A stretch of 64,000 nt of DNA from Gemmatimonadota bacterium. GTDB taxonomy: Bacteria > Gemmatimonadota > Gemmatimonadetes > Palauibacterales > Palauibacteraceae. Position 1 is the first letter of the stretch. Each line of letters opens with the position of its first letter. The stretch covers positions 4,919-68,918 of the forward strand of contig JBDHHR010000005.1 in NCBI GenBank assembly GCA_039589295.1, given 5' to 3'. Of the stretch, positions 18,970 to 27,898 are shown piece by piece. A model generated the notes under the pieces. The model worked only from the letters and a program-made list of their open reading frames with translations. It was not told the DNA's origin and made no database searches. The position numbers were made by a program, and so were the translations under genes.

Positions 18970-20897
18970 GCCGTGGCCTCTCCGGTGAAGTTGGCCCGTG
19001 TGTCCTCGAATCTCTCCGCCAGGCGCTGCCGTTCAGCCTCGTAGTCTCCTGGTGCCCGCATCAGCAGCTCTCGCGTTTCCTCTTCCGCCACCTCGAGCGT
19101 CAGCGACACCGGCTCGCGGAACGCCGCTATCTGCCTTGGATCCAGCTCGCGCAGACGGCCGTTCTCCGCCCGGTAAGCGGCGAGGGTGGCTTCCAGTTGG
19201 TGTGCCAAGGCGGGCGCCTCCTTGAGGGGACGCTCTCCAAGCAGGCTTTTCAGATCCCTGACATGGCGAACGACCGAACCCATCGCGTCGGTCACCCTCT
19301 CCTGCGCAGCGTCGCCCATCTCCACCAGGGTTCTTCGCTGCGCCTCATAGGGTCTCTCGTTGAACCTGTCACGCCTTCGATCCCGCTGGTGGAAGTAGGC
19401 CGCAGTGAGCGCCACCAGCACCAGCGTGGTGTTGAGCAGGAGGATAGGGAAGCTCAGGCCGCTCATCGAGGCGGCATACTCGCGCTGTTCCGTGGCCAGG
19501 GCTTCCATGTCATCCGCCCGGTTGGCCTGCTCGTTGGCGGCCACGAGATTTCCGTCCACCCGGAGCCAGCTCGCCGTGCGCCGCAGTTCCTCGATCTTAA
19601 CACTGTCCTGCGCGAACCGCTGGGACGAGACCTCTCCAAGCGTAACGCGCGCCTCGAACAGGACCCCGAGAACCAGGGCCAGACCTATCCCGGAAAGGAT
19701 CATCGGCACAACGAACTCCAGCGGCGATCGCTGGCCGACGGTCTCGCCGGCCCGGCTCGTCGAATTGGTCACCAGCAGGGAACGGAGCGAATGCCCGAAG
19801 AAGTGGGCCAGCACGCAGAGGAAGGTCACAACGCCCGCCGCCAGCAGGGCGGCGTCCGGCCGCAGTATGAACTGCGACACCACCCTCATCCCTCCGGCCA
19901 GCCAGCCCTCGCTCGTCTCGGAGACGAAACGCAGCTGCTGCTCGGTAAGCGGATCGCGGGGAAGGAGCGCGCCGAACACCGGGGCGTTGGCCAGAAACTC
20001 CACCAGTCCGAGGAATCCGATGGCCAGAGCGTACCACCGGGTCTTGAACGATCGTGACCCGTCCTGCTCCTCCTCCTCCTCTTCCTTCGACTGCTCATCC
20101 AGCGCCGCCTGGACCATGCTGCGGCTGGCTTCCCATCGCTTCTTCAGGCGATACAGCTCGCTGGTGATCCGCTCGAACCTATCCACATCCAGGGCGATGC
20201 CGCCGAGCGTACGCGTTACCTTACTCTCGGTCTCCGAAACGAGGTCGTTCAGCCGGCTCCTTTCCCGGCCCTGCCAGTTCCCGAATAGCGCCGCGCAGCG
20301 ATCGCGCAACTCCCGTTCGGACTCCGAGAGGCCCTCTGCATCCTGCACCGGGAGGCCTGCCTGCGCGTCACGTCGAGCCATCTGCAGGGCGGCTGCTCGG
20401 AGCTGTTCGACCGAGAGGCCCACGTTCTCCTCCAGACCCCTTCCCTCGGCCTCCGGAAGTCGGGCTGGATGGGGAGCATCTGCGGCCAAGTGCTTTTCCC
20501 CGGCGATCGGCGCCATGGTCGGTCCGGCGTCCGCCTGTCCATCGAGATCGAAGGTGGCGAACGGGCTGTCCATTCCCTCGCCGTCCCACCCCCGGGGCCG
20601 AGAAGTACGTTCCGGTTCCCAGACCGGCTCCGCCTGCTGCGCCCGTTCCGTCTCAGCCTGTTCCTTGACTCTGTCGAGCCAGGTCGGCTGGCCTTTCGAC
20701 TCCTCCTGCATGCGAGGCTCCGTCGGGATTAGTGAACTGCCGTTCCCGGAAAACGGGATCCGCTTCTCCGCCTGCGGCGCGCCGCCTCCACCCACCTTGC
20801 TGCCTTGCCGCCCGCGCCGGGCGGTCTCGTCTTCCTCCTGCATACAACCACTGTGCCCAGAGTGTAGCCTGACGCCGGACCGGAGAATCGCGTCCAC
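18963..20897 (-). CDS. Large coiled-coil polytopic membrane protein, no recognised family
   Basis: An acidic/low-complexity N-terminus is followed by coiled-coil heptads, 3-4 TM helices (YALAIGFLGLVEFLANAPVFGALL, ALLAAGVVTFLCVLAHFFGHSL, VVPMILSGIGLALVLGVLF, FPILLLNTTLVLVALTAAYF) and a C-terminal coiled coil. The opposite-strand ORF 19405..21003 is a Ser/Arg/Cys-rich shadow. The true start is uncertain; internal candidates are MQEESKGQ and MDSPFATF. Confidence 0.65.
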   Translation of the reverse strand: MDAILRSGVRLHSGHSGCMQEEDETARRGRQGSKVGGGGAPQAEKRIPFSGNGSSLIPTEPRMQEESKGQPTWLDRVKEQAETERAQQAEPVWEPERTSRPRGWDGEGMDSPFATFDLDGQADAGPTMAPIAGEKHLAADAPHPARLPEAEGRGLEENVGLSVEQLRAAALQMARRDAQAGLPVQDAEGLSESERELRDRCAALFGNWQGRERSRLNDLVSETESKVTRTLGGIALDVDRFERITSELYRLKKRWEASRSMVQAALDEQSKEEEEEEQDGSRSFKTRWYALAIGFLGLVEFLANAPVFGALLPRDPLTEQQLRFVSETSEGWLAGGMRVVSQFILRPDAALLAAGVVTFLCVLAHFFGHSLRSLLVTNSTSRAGETVGQRSPLEFVVPMILSGIGLALVLGVLFEARVTLGEVSSQRFAQDSVKIEELRRTASWLRVDGNLVAANEQANRADDMEALATEQREYAASMSGLSFPILLLNTTLVLVALTAAYFHQRDRRRDRFNERPYEAQRRTLVEMGDAAQERVTDAMGSVVRHVRDLKSLLGERPLKEAPALAHQLEATLAAYRAENGRLRELDPRQIAAFREPVSLTLEVAEEETRELLMRAPGDYEAERQRLAERFEDTRANFTGEATAW

Positions 20898-21164
20898 CGA
20901 CCCGTCCGTCCCGCGCCGGTCAGACGCCCTCGATGGTCTATGCAGGAAGGCAAAATCGCTGCCACACCCAAGTAATCTGCCGAATCGTGCGCAAGTCCAT
21001 TAGTGATAATATGTTGACTCCGTCGGAATCGTCGTGACGGGCGCGCGAACTCGAAAAACATTTCGCTCTTGGAGAAATGCTTCGTTTCGAGCCACCGCCG
21101 CGGACGGAGCGACACCGACGTAAGATCATCGATAACACCGGCGGACAACAAGATCAATGCGCGC

Positions 21165-21389
21165 CTAAGCCGTTCGCTCCCGGTGAATCTCCCGTGCCAT
21201 GGCACGCGCCGCCTCGGTCAAGGTCTCCTCCACCCTGAGCAGAGCCTGTTCGAGGACCTGATCGACTTCGGCCTCGGAAGACAGCATCGTTACGGCCCGC
21301 TCCGCGTAGTCGACGATCGCGTCAACCCGCTTGCGCACGTCGCTCTTTATGGCTTGCAGCAGGGCTTCGGTTGTGGCGCTGTACTGCAT
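21165..21389 (-). CDS. Hypothetical 74-aa helical protein
   Basis: The ATG (cat 21387-21389) is preceded by AGGAG at 9-nt spacing. The protein is MQYSATTEALLQAIKSDVRKRVDAIVDYAERAVTMLSSEAEVDQVLEQALLRVEETLTEAARAMAREIHRERTA, with sensible composition. The longer track ORF extension is Arg/Ser/Cys-rich and discarded. Confidence 0.55.
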   Translation of the reverse strand: MQYSATTEALLQAIKSDVRKRVDAIVDYAERAVTMLSSEAEVDQVLEQALLRVEETLTEAARAMAREIHRERTA

Positions 21390-21733
21390 CGGCCCCCAGC
21401 TCCTTTCCAGCCGCGCCTCCTCGGCAACGGACGACCTCCCGACTCTTCCTCTCCCCCGGCCGTAAAGGGCAAGGCGGCTGCCAGCAACCGCAGCGACGCC
21501 GTCGTTGATAGTGTATTTTCTGTTGTGACAGGCAGTTAACTCGTCGGTACTGCATCGGACAGGTTCAGGCGTGAGCGTTGTCCGGCCGGAACTCGCGTCG
21601 CAAATATCCCAGCCGGCTGGCAAAAGGTCTGCGGCGGCAGTTGAGGCCTCGATGAGCGGCCTGGGCGAGCATTCGACCGGTGACCGACGGGCGTCACAGG
21701 AGGCGGCCGGCAGCCGGTTCAAGGAGGAGAGTC

Positions 21734-22186
21734 GTGAGCGCAAGCCGCCAGGGTGCGGGGCGGGAGGTGGACTCGGGATTCGCGCTGCTCGCCAGCCTGG
21801 TGGTTCTGGCCGCCCTCTTCCTTCTGGCTACGGGTACCTTTCTCGCCGCCCGCTTCGAGCTGGCCGTAGGACGGAGCCACCTGACCTCCGTGCGGGCCCT
21901 GTATCTGGCGGAGGCCGGTCTGGCGACTCTCCTCGCCGACACGGGAGGAGCTTCGCCGCCCACGAGCCGCATCTACAGCCTGGAAGCCGGCGCTGCGGTC
22001 GTTACCGTGGATCTCCTGCTGCGTGTCGACAGCCTGACCGACCTCTTCCGGGTCGAGGTCGAAGGGCGTCCCACCAGGCCGTCGGGACGGGGGAGGGCCA
22101 GGCGCACCGTCGGAATCCTGGTCGTTCGCCGTGACGACGGCCGCCTTGTCGCGCGCAGCGGAAGCTGGCAGGAAGCGTTCCGGTAG
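21734..22186 (+). CDS. PilX N-terminal domain protein (type IV pilus minor-pilin-associated family, PF14341-like), orphan
   Basis: The GTG start has AAGGAGGA just upstream. An N-terminal hydrophobic helix (FALLASLVVLAALFLLATGTFLAA) is followed by RFELAVGRSHLTSVRALYLAEAGLATLL, matching the PilX_N pattern (...leermagn.rd.qqAfqaAEAGl...). No other pilus genes are nearby. Confidence 0.6.
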   Translation: MSASRQGAGREVDSGFALLASLVVLAALFLLATGTFLAARFELAVGRSHLTSVRALYLAEAGLATLLADTGGASPPTSRIYSLEAGAAVVTVDLLLRVDSLTDLFRVEVEGRPTRPSGRGRARRTVGILVVRRDDGRLVARSGSWQEAFR

Positions 22187-22219
22187 GGACGCTGCCGCCC
22201 TGTTCGCTGGAGGTACGGG

Positions 22220-23053
22220 TCACATGCGCGGAAGTCCGGTGCGCAGGAGATCCAGGAGCCCCTTCGGATTATCCATGTTCAGCCAGTGGCCTCCGGGCAG
22301 GGTTACCAGGCGAACGCGGCGGTCGGAGCGTTGCATCCGCGCGAGGCGGGATGCCGATCGGTCGTCGAGAATCGAGTCGCGTCCCGCACGGATGAAGATG
22401 AGCTCCAGACCGGGTGGGGGGGCCTCCACGACCGGCCATTCGTCATCACGAAAGTAATCGGCCAGCAACTCCTCCATGTCGGTTATGGAGAACCGCCACC
22501 CATAGCCATCCGGCGTGCGCGTGAGATTGGTGGCCATCCACTCGGCGACTGTCCGGTCGAAGCCACCTTCCTGAAGCCGGTGTACGGCTGCACGCCGATC
22601 ACGAAACTGGCGCGGCAACCGCCGCAGGAGCGCAAGAATATCGCTGGCACCGGCGGCTGTGCGCCCGGGTGCGGGAGTGCTGTCGATCGCCCAGACCTGT
22701 CGGAGCCCGGCCGGCGAGATACGGGCCGACGACAGGGCTACCTTTCCGCCGAAGGAATGACCCAGGATGACGTGCCGGGCGGGATCCATGGCCCGGACGA
22801 GAGCGGAGACGTCGCGGCCGCAGTTGGCTACCGTGTGAGGCCTCCGAAAGCCCTCCGAGAGTCCGTGAAGCCTCAGATCCACCAGCACGGCTCCCCAGTC
22901 GGAACGACTTCGAACCATGCCCCGAGCGACCGACGCCCAGTTCCGGCCGGCTCCCAGAAACCCGTGCAGGAAGAACACCCAGCCGGTCGGCTCGGTCTCC
23001 GCGCCGGACACCGTCCGGTGACTCAGTAGCTGGGCCGGTGGCGCCTCATCCAT
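22220..23053 (-). CDS. Alpha/beta-fold hydrolase
   Basis: The nucleophile elbow GHSFGG is present, along with an N-terminal FLHGFLGAG oxyanion region and a C-terminal His. Start at M14. Confidence 0.8.
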   Translation of the reverse strand: MDEAPPAQLLSHRTVSGAETEPTGWVFFLHGFLGAGRNWASVARGMVRSRSDWGAVLVDLRLHGLSEGFRRPHTVANCGRDVSALVRAMDPARHVILGHSFGGKVALSSARISPAGLRQVWAIDSTPAPGRTAAGASDILALLRRLPRQFRDRRAAVHRLQEGGFDRTVAEWMATNLTRTPDGYGWRFSITDMEELLADYFRDDEWPVVEAPPPGLELIFIRAGRDSILDDRSASRLARMQRSDRRVRLVTLPGGHWLNMDNPKGLLDLLRTGLPRM

Positions 23054-23144
23054 GTCCAGGGAATCCTCTCTCCTTGCCCGTCGTACCCTCATGGCAGCAG
23101 CTTCCGCCGCTCGTAGTCCCGGTCACGGCACGTTGAGGCAACGG

Positions 23145-24266
23145 ATGAGAGCACGCAACACATCCGCACGACCTGGGGGATTCCCGGCGGAGGTGGGGGG
23201 ATTCAGCCCTCCGTGGTGGCTTCGCGGAGCGAACGTCCAGACGATCGCGGGACGTCTGCTGCGCAGCCGAGCGACTTGCCCGTACCGGCGAGAGCGGATC
23301 GAGTTGCCTGACGGCGACTTTCTCGACCTGGATTTCGCTCTGCCGGCCGCGAATGAGACCGAGGCCAGGCACGACTCGACGACCGGCATCCTGCCGGCCA
23401 GACCGTTCGTGCTGCTCCTGCACGGCCTGGAGGGTAGCTCGTCTTCTGGGTACATGCTGCAAGCCGCCCGCTCACTGGCCGCCCGTGATGTAGTGGCGGT
23501 GGCCCTCAACTTCCGCTCCTGCAGCGGCGAGCTCAACCGCCTACCCCGATCATACCACTCGGGCGAGACCGGCGACCTGGCCTTCGTCCTCCGGAAGCTG
23601 GAGGGGCGATTCCCGGACGCCCCGTACGGAATCATCGGCTTCTCGATCGGGGGGAACGTGTTGCTGAAGTTTCTCGGAGAGCGGGCGGCTGACCCGCCCG
23701 TCCGGCTGGAGGCGGCCGCGGCGGTGTCCGTACCTTTCGACCTTTCGGCCAGCGCCCGCCGACTGGAGGCAGGGCTGGGACGGCTGTATGGCCTCTACTT
23801 CCTGCGCTCGTTGCGGGCCAAGGCACAGGCCAAGGCACGGCTGTTCCCCGAAGACATCGAGGTCTCTGCGGTGCGGCGGTCAACCACCCTCCGCGAATTT
23901 GACGAGGCTGTGACGGCTCCCCTCCATGGCTTCGACGGCGCCGATGACTACTACCGCCGATGCAGCTCGGCCGGTTTTCTGAGGGACGTGGGAGTGCCCA
24001 CCCTTCTGGTGCAGTCGGCGGACGATCCCTTCCTGCCGGAGGGCTCGCTCCCCAGCAGGGATGTGGCGCAGAACCAGCACCTCGTCCCGGCGTTCACCTC
24101 CCGGGGCGGGCACGTGGGCTACGTTGCGGGGAAACCGCCGCTCAGGCACCTGTTCTGGGCCGAGTCCGAGGCTGTCCGATTCGTGGTGAGCGCACTGCGC
24201 AAATCGAGGGGGCGGCGCTCGGGCACACCGGGGACCGCGGGGAGTAATTCGGTGGGGATTCAGTGA
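23145..24266 (+). CDS. Alpha/beta hydrolase, YheT/ABHD1-3-like
   Basis: An N-terminal F.PPWWLRGANVQTI is present, then LLLHGLEGSSSSGYM, the GFSIGGN nucleophile elbow, and a C-terminal SADDPFLP...GGHVGY. The start is approximate (M32 of the track ORF 23052..24266). Confidence 0.8.
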   Translation: MRARNTSARPGGFPAEVGGFSPPWWLRGANVQTIAGRLLRSRATCPYRRERIELPDGDFLDLDFALPAANETEARHDSTTGILPARPFVLLLHGLEGSSSSGYMLQAARSLAARDVVAVALNFRSCSGELNRLPRSYHSGETGDLAFVLRKLEGRFPDAPYGIIGFSIGGNVLLKFLGERAADPPVRLEAAAAVSVPFDLSASARRLEAGLGRLYGLYFLRSLRAKAQAKARLFPEDIEVSAVRRSTTLREFDEAVTAPLHGFDGADDYYRRCSSAGFLRDVGVPTLLVQSADDPFLPEGSLPSRDVAQNQHLVPAFTSRGGHVGYVAGKPPLRHLFWAESEAVRFVVSALRKSRGRRSGTPGTAGSNSVGIQ

Positions 24267-24273
24267 CGGGCAC

Positions 24274-24750
24274 ATGGCCGTAAGAGCATATCGCATGAAC
24301 GAACGAGAAACGAGCTCGGAAGACAGGTTCATTACGCTTCGCTGTGCTTTCTGCCTCACTCTCAACAGGCTGGGCGCCAGCCGGGCGGCGGATCGGCCGA
24401 AGTGTGGTGAATGCGGCCGGCCTTTCCTCCTGGACAGACCGGTGAAGATCACGGGCGAGGACCTGGATCGGATCGTGACGGATGCGGAAGTTCAGGTGCT
24501 GGTGGATTTCTACGCCGACTGGTGCGGCCCGTGCAAGATCATGGCACCGCTCCTGGACGAGTTCGCGAGCGACCATGTCGGGGAGGCCCTGGTGGCGAAA
24601 CTGGATACGGATGCGCATCCGGGCGTTTCGGCACGTCTCGGAATCCGGGGGATTCCAACGCTGATAGTCTTCCGAGGCGGTGAGGAGGTCGCGCGGCAGA
24701 CTGGTGCGGTACCCAGGGACCGGCTCGAGACGCTCCTGGCCGGGCCGTGA
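24274..24750 (+). CDS. trxC: Thioredoxin 2-type (N-terminal Zn-finger + thioredoxin fold)
   Basis: Two CxxC pairs (CAFC...CGEC) lie ahead of the thioredoxin domain, which has the WCGPC active site. Confidence 0.9.
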   Translation: MAVRAYRMNERETSSEDRFITLRCAFCLTLNRLGASRAADRPKCGECGRPFLLDRPVKITGEDLDRIVTDAEVQVLVDFYADWCGPCKIMAPLLDEFASDHVGEALVAKLDTDAHPGVSARLGIRGIPTLIVFRGGEEVARQTGAVPRDRLETLLAGP

Positions 24751-25928
24751 GACAAGGTAGGGGAGGTGACGTGGACGTCGTTGCACTCGTGCTGGCACTG
24801 GTGGTGTGGGCCTGCGGCGGTTCTCCCGAATCGGCCAGCGGCCCGGGGACGCAACCCGATGAGGGATCGGAACCCGTAGCGTTACAGCTCACGCTGGTGG
24901 CCAGCGGGCTCGAGAGTCCCGTGCACGCTACTTCGCCGGTCGGCGACCCGCGCCTGTTCGTGGCGGAGCAGGCAGGGGTCATCCGCATCGTCCGGGCGGG
25001 GAACGTCCTCGGCGTGCCATTCCTCGATATCCGCGACCGAGTTCGGACCGGCAGCGAGAGAGGTCTGCTGAGCCTCGCATTTCACCCCGGATACGCCTCG
25101 AACGGAACCTTCTTCGTCAACTACACCGCGGCGAACGGTGCGACCCGGGTCGAGCGCTACTCGATCATGGCCGACGGCGACGTAGCGGATCCGGGATCGG
25201 GCCACCTCATCCTCGAGGTGCAGCAGCCGTTCTCCAACCACAATGGCGGTCACATCCTCTTCGGCGCCGACGGAATGCTGTACGTCGCCATGGGAGACGG
25301 CGGAAGCGGAGGCGATCCGCAGGGCCACGGTCAGAACCGCGAAACCATGCTGGGCGCGTTGCTGCGGCTGGACGTGGACGGCGGGGACCCCTACGCCATC
25401 CCCCCGGACAATCCATACGCCGGGAGCGCTTCGTTCAGGCCGGAGATCTGGGCCTGGGGCTTACGTAATCCCTGGCGCATCGCTTTCGACCGGACCCGGG
25501 GACTGCTCTACGTGGCCGATGTGGGCCAGGATCGGATCGAGGAGGTGGATGTCGTGCCCGCCGGCGAGGGGGGCCTCAACTTCGGGTGGGCCATCATGGA
25601 GGGCTCGGAGTGCTTCGGCGGCGGCGCCTGCGAAGGGCAAGATCTGGTTCTCCCTGTGCTGGAGTACGACCACTCCGAGGGCTGCTCGGTGACCGGGGGC
25701 CTGGTATACCGGGGAAGCGCGATTCCGGAGGTCCGCGGGCACTATTTCTATTCGGACCATTGCCAGGGGTGGCTGCGGAGCTTCCTGTACGAGAACGGGG
25801 CGGCCACCGCCCGGCGGCAGTGGAACGTCCGCGCCATCGGGGACGTGACCTCGTTCGGCGAGGATTCCGACGGAGAGCTGTACGTCCTTTCCGCCGACGG
25901 GCGCCTCTACCGCCTGCAGGCATCCTGA
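24747..25928 (+). CDS. PQQ-dependent soluble aldose sugar dehydrogenase (YliI/GSDH beta-propeller family), lipoprotein
   Basis: The lipobox VVWACGG is present. Motifs SGLESPV, GLLSLAFHPGY, HNGGHILFGADGMLYVAMGDGG, GLRNPWRIAFD and GGLVYRG are as in sorbosone/glucose dehydrogenases. The GTG start is GTGA-coupled to the trxC stop; an alternative GTG lies at 24771. Confidence 0.82.
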   Translation: MRQGRGGDVDVVALVLALVVWACGGSPESASGPGTQPDEGSEPVALQLTLVASGLESPVHATSPVGDPRLFVAEQAGVIRIVRAGNVLGVPFLDIRDRVRTGSERGLLSLAFHPGYASNGTFFVNYTAANGATRVERYSIMADGDVADPGSGHLILEVQQPFSNHNGGHILFGADGMLYVAMGDGGSGGDPQGHGQNRETMLGALLRLDVDGGDPYAIPPDNPYAGSASFRPEIWAWGLRNPWRIAFDRTRGLLYVADVGQDRIEEVDVVPAGEGGLNFGWAIMEGSECFGGGACEGQDLVLPVLEYDHSEGCSVTGGLVYRGSAIPEVRGHYFYSDHCQGWLRSFLYENGAATARRQWNVRAIGDVTSFGEDSDGELYVLSADGRLYRLQAS

Positions 25929-25949
25929 GCGGACGCAGGAGATCGACTC

Positions 25950-26372
25950 TTGAGCGATTCCGTCCTCGCGCCTGTCCGCGCTCCCTTCCGGGCGCTCACC
26001 GTGACCTTCGTTCCGGAAGCGAAGGAACTGGACGAAGGATCGTGGGCTGAAGTCGAGAGTCTGGTGGAGGGTATGCTCGACCATCGGCCGAGGGCGGTCC
26101 GACGACAGGTACGGCTTCTCCTGCGAGCGCTGGACCTTTTCAGCCTTCTCCGCTTCGGCCGCCGTCTATCTGCCCTGGAGGCGGACGCCCGCCATCGTAT
26201 CGTGTCGCGACTGCAGGACTCCCCGATCCTCATCCTGCGCCGCGGCGTCTGGGGTCTGCGCACTCTGGCCTTCCTCGGCATCTACGGGCGGGCGACCGCC
26301 TCCCGGGAGATAGGCTATCGGGCTGACCGGCGCGGTTGGGAGGCTCGCCGGACAGGGCGGAAACTGTCGTGA
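25950..26372 (+). CDS. Small subunit-like protein paired with GMC oxidoreductase (gluconate 2-dehydrogenase subunit 3-like)
   Basis: The 140-aa protein sits directly upstream of, and is translationally coupled (GTGA-type overlap) to, a GMC oxidoreductase. This is the arrangement typical of the gluconate 2-dehydrogenase subunit 3 family (PF13618). It is Arg/Leu-rich and helical. Family assignment is by context only. Confidence 0.5.
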   Translation: MSDSVLAPVRAPFRALTVTFVPEAKELDEGSWAEVESLVEGMLDHRPRAVRRQVRLLLRALDLFSLLRFGRRLSALEADARHRIVSRLQDSPILILRRGVWGLRTLAFLGIYGRATASREIGYRADRRGWEARRTGRKLS

Positions 26373-27898
26373 TCGAAACGCGCTGCGACGTGGCCATCGT
26401 GGGCTCCGGGGCCGGTGGAGGGACCGCGGCTCGCGAACTGGCGCCGCTGGCAGCCCAGGGTCGGCGGGTGGTCGTGCTCGAGCAGGGAGCTCGCCTGAGC
26501 GATGACGAGTTCACGGGGCGCGAGGTGGAGATGGCGGAGGCGCTGTATGAGAGCGGTGGCGGCTTCCTCACGGAGGAGGGCACGCTGACCCTGGCTCTCG
26601 GCCGTGCCTACGGCGGCTCCACCGCCGTGTATACGGGCACGTCTCTGATTGCCCCCGCGCGCATCATCGAGAGGTGGAGCGTTCCGGGACTGGAGCATGC
26701 CGACATCGAGCGACGGAGTCGGAAGTACGCCGGCCAGAACAATGTCCACCTCCTGGATCCAGACGAGATCAACGACAACAACCGGCTCTTCGTCGAGGGC
26801 TGTGAGCGGTCGGGGCTCTGCGCACGACAGTTCCCGGTGAACGTCCGGGGCTGCCGTGGATCGAGCCTGTGCAACCTGGGTTGCCCGAACCAGGCCAAAC
26901 AGGGAACGGACAGGGTGCAGCTCCCGGAGGCGGAACGGCTCGGCGTCGAGGTGGTCACCCGGGCTGAGGTGCTGCGGGTAGAGAACAGAGCTCTGGTGGT
27001 GCGCGTCACCGAGCCGGAGCCTGGCGAGAAGGGCGCGAGCGGTCCATGGCCGCCAGGCGAGTACCGATTGAGCGCGGGGATCGTCGTCGCGGCGGGCGGC
27101 GCCATTGGCAGCCCGGCGCTTCTCCTCCGATCGGGTTACGGGCGCACTCTTCCCAGGCTGGGGGAAGCCTTCACGTGTCACCCCGCCCTCATCCTGGTGG
27201 CCGAGCACGAGCGGGAGATCAGCAACGACGTAGGCCACCCGAAGAGCTTCTACTGCGACCGGGCCTCCGAGGAGGGCTTCGTCCTGGAAACCTGCATGTA
27301 CTTCCCGTTCGTGACGGCGAAGAGCTTGACGGGCTTCGGCGCGGACCACAGCCGATTCATGCGGGCTTTCACCCGCCTCCAGATGATACTGGTCCTCGCC
27401 TGCGACAGGGCGGTACCGGGAAACCGGATTACCGTCGACCGCGGTGGACGGCCGCGGGTCCATTACCGGTTCACCGAAGAGGTCCGCGGCTCCCTGGCGG
27501 CGGCGACCCGTGCGGCCGCCCGCGTCTTCTTCGCCGCGGGAGCGGTCCGCGTCCACGCGCCACTGGCCGATCCACCTCTTCTGAACCGAGATGAGGCTCA
27601 CCTCCTCGACCAACGGGTCGGCCCGGGCCATTTCAAGCCGGGCAAGACCTCCATATCAGCGGCGCACCTCATGGGAGGCTGCGCGATGGGATCAGCGCCC
27701 GCAAACTCCGTAACGGACGCCTGGGGGCGGGTGCACGGCGTCCCGTGGCTCCGGGTGGCCGACTCCAGCCTGTTCCCGGACAGTCTGGAGATCAATCCAT
27801 ACCTGACGGTCATGGCGCTCTCCGGCCGGGCCGCTGAAGCCGTCCTTCACGATGCAGGGGAGCTGCTGGAGACAGCGGCAGGATCGAGCTCCGCATGA
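26369..27898 (+). CDS. GMC-family FAD-dependent oxidoreductase
   Basis: The N-terminal DVAIVGSGAGGGTAARELA Rossmann motif is present, and the C-terminal GMC region (HLMGGCAMG...VHGVPWLRVADSSLFP) carries the catalytic His. The GTG start is at 26369. Confidence 0.85.
   Translation: MIETRCDVAIVGSGAGGGTAARELAPLAAQGRRVVVLEQGARLSDDEFTGREVEMAEALYESGGGFLTEEGTLTLALGRAYGGSTAVYTGTSLIAPARIIERWSVPGLEHADIERRSRKYAGQNNVHLLDPDEINDNNRLFVEGCERSGLCARQFPVNVRGCRGSSLCNLGCPNQAKQGTDRVQLPEAERLGVEVVTRAEVLRVENRALVVRVTEPEPGEKGASGPWPPGEYRLSAGIVVAAGGAIGSPALLLRSGYGRTLPRLGEAFTCHPALILVAEHEREISNDVGHPKSFYCDRASEEGFVLETCMYFPFVTAKSLTGFGADHSRFMRAFTRLQMILVLACDRAVPGNRITVDRGGRPRVHYRFTEEVRGSLAAATRAAARVFFAAGAVRVHAPLADPPLLNRDEAHLLDQRVGPGHFKPGKTSISAAHLMGGCAMGSAPANSVTDAWGRVHGVPWLRVADSSLFPDSLEINPYLTVMALSGRAAEAVLHDAGELLETAAGSSSA

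Noticed and set aside
19405-21003. 532-aa + strand ORF
   Set aside because: It is Ser/Arg/Cys-rich, antisense to the TM/coiled-coil protein gene, and shows no domain signal. It is a shadow ORF.
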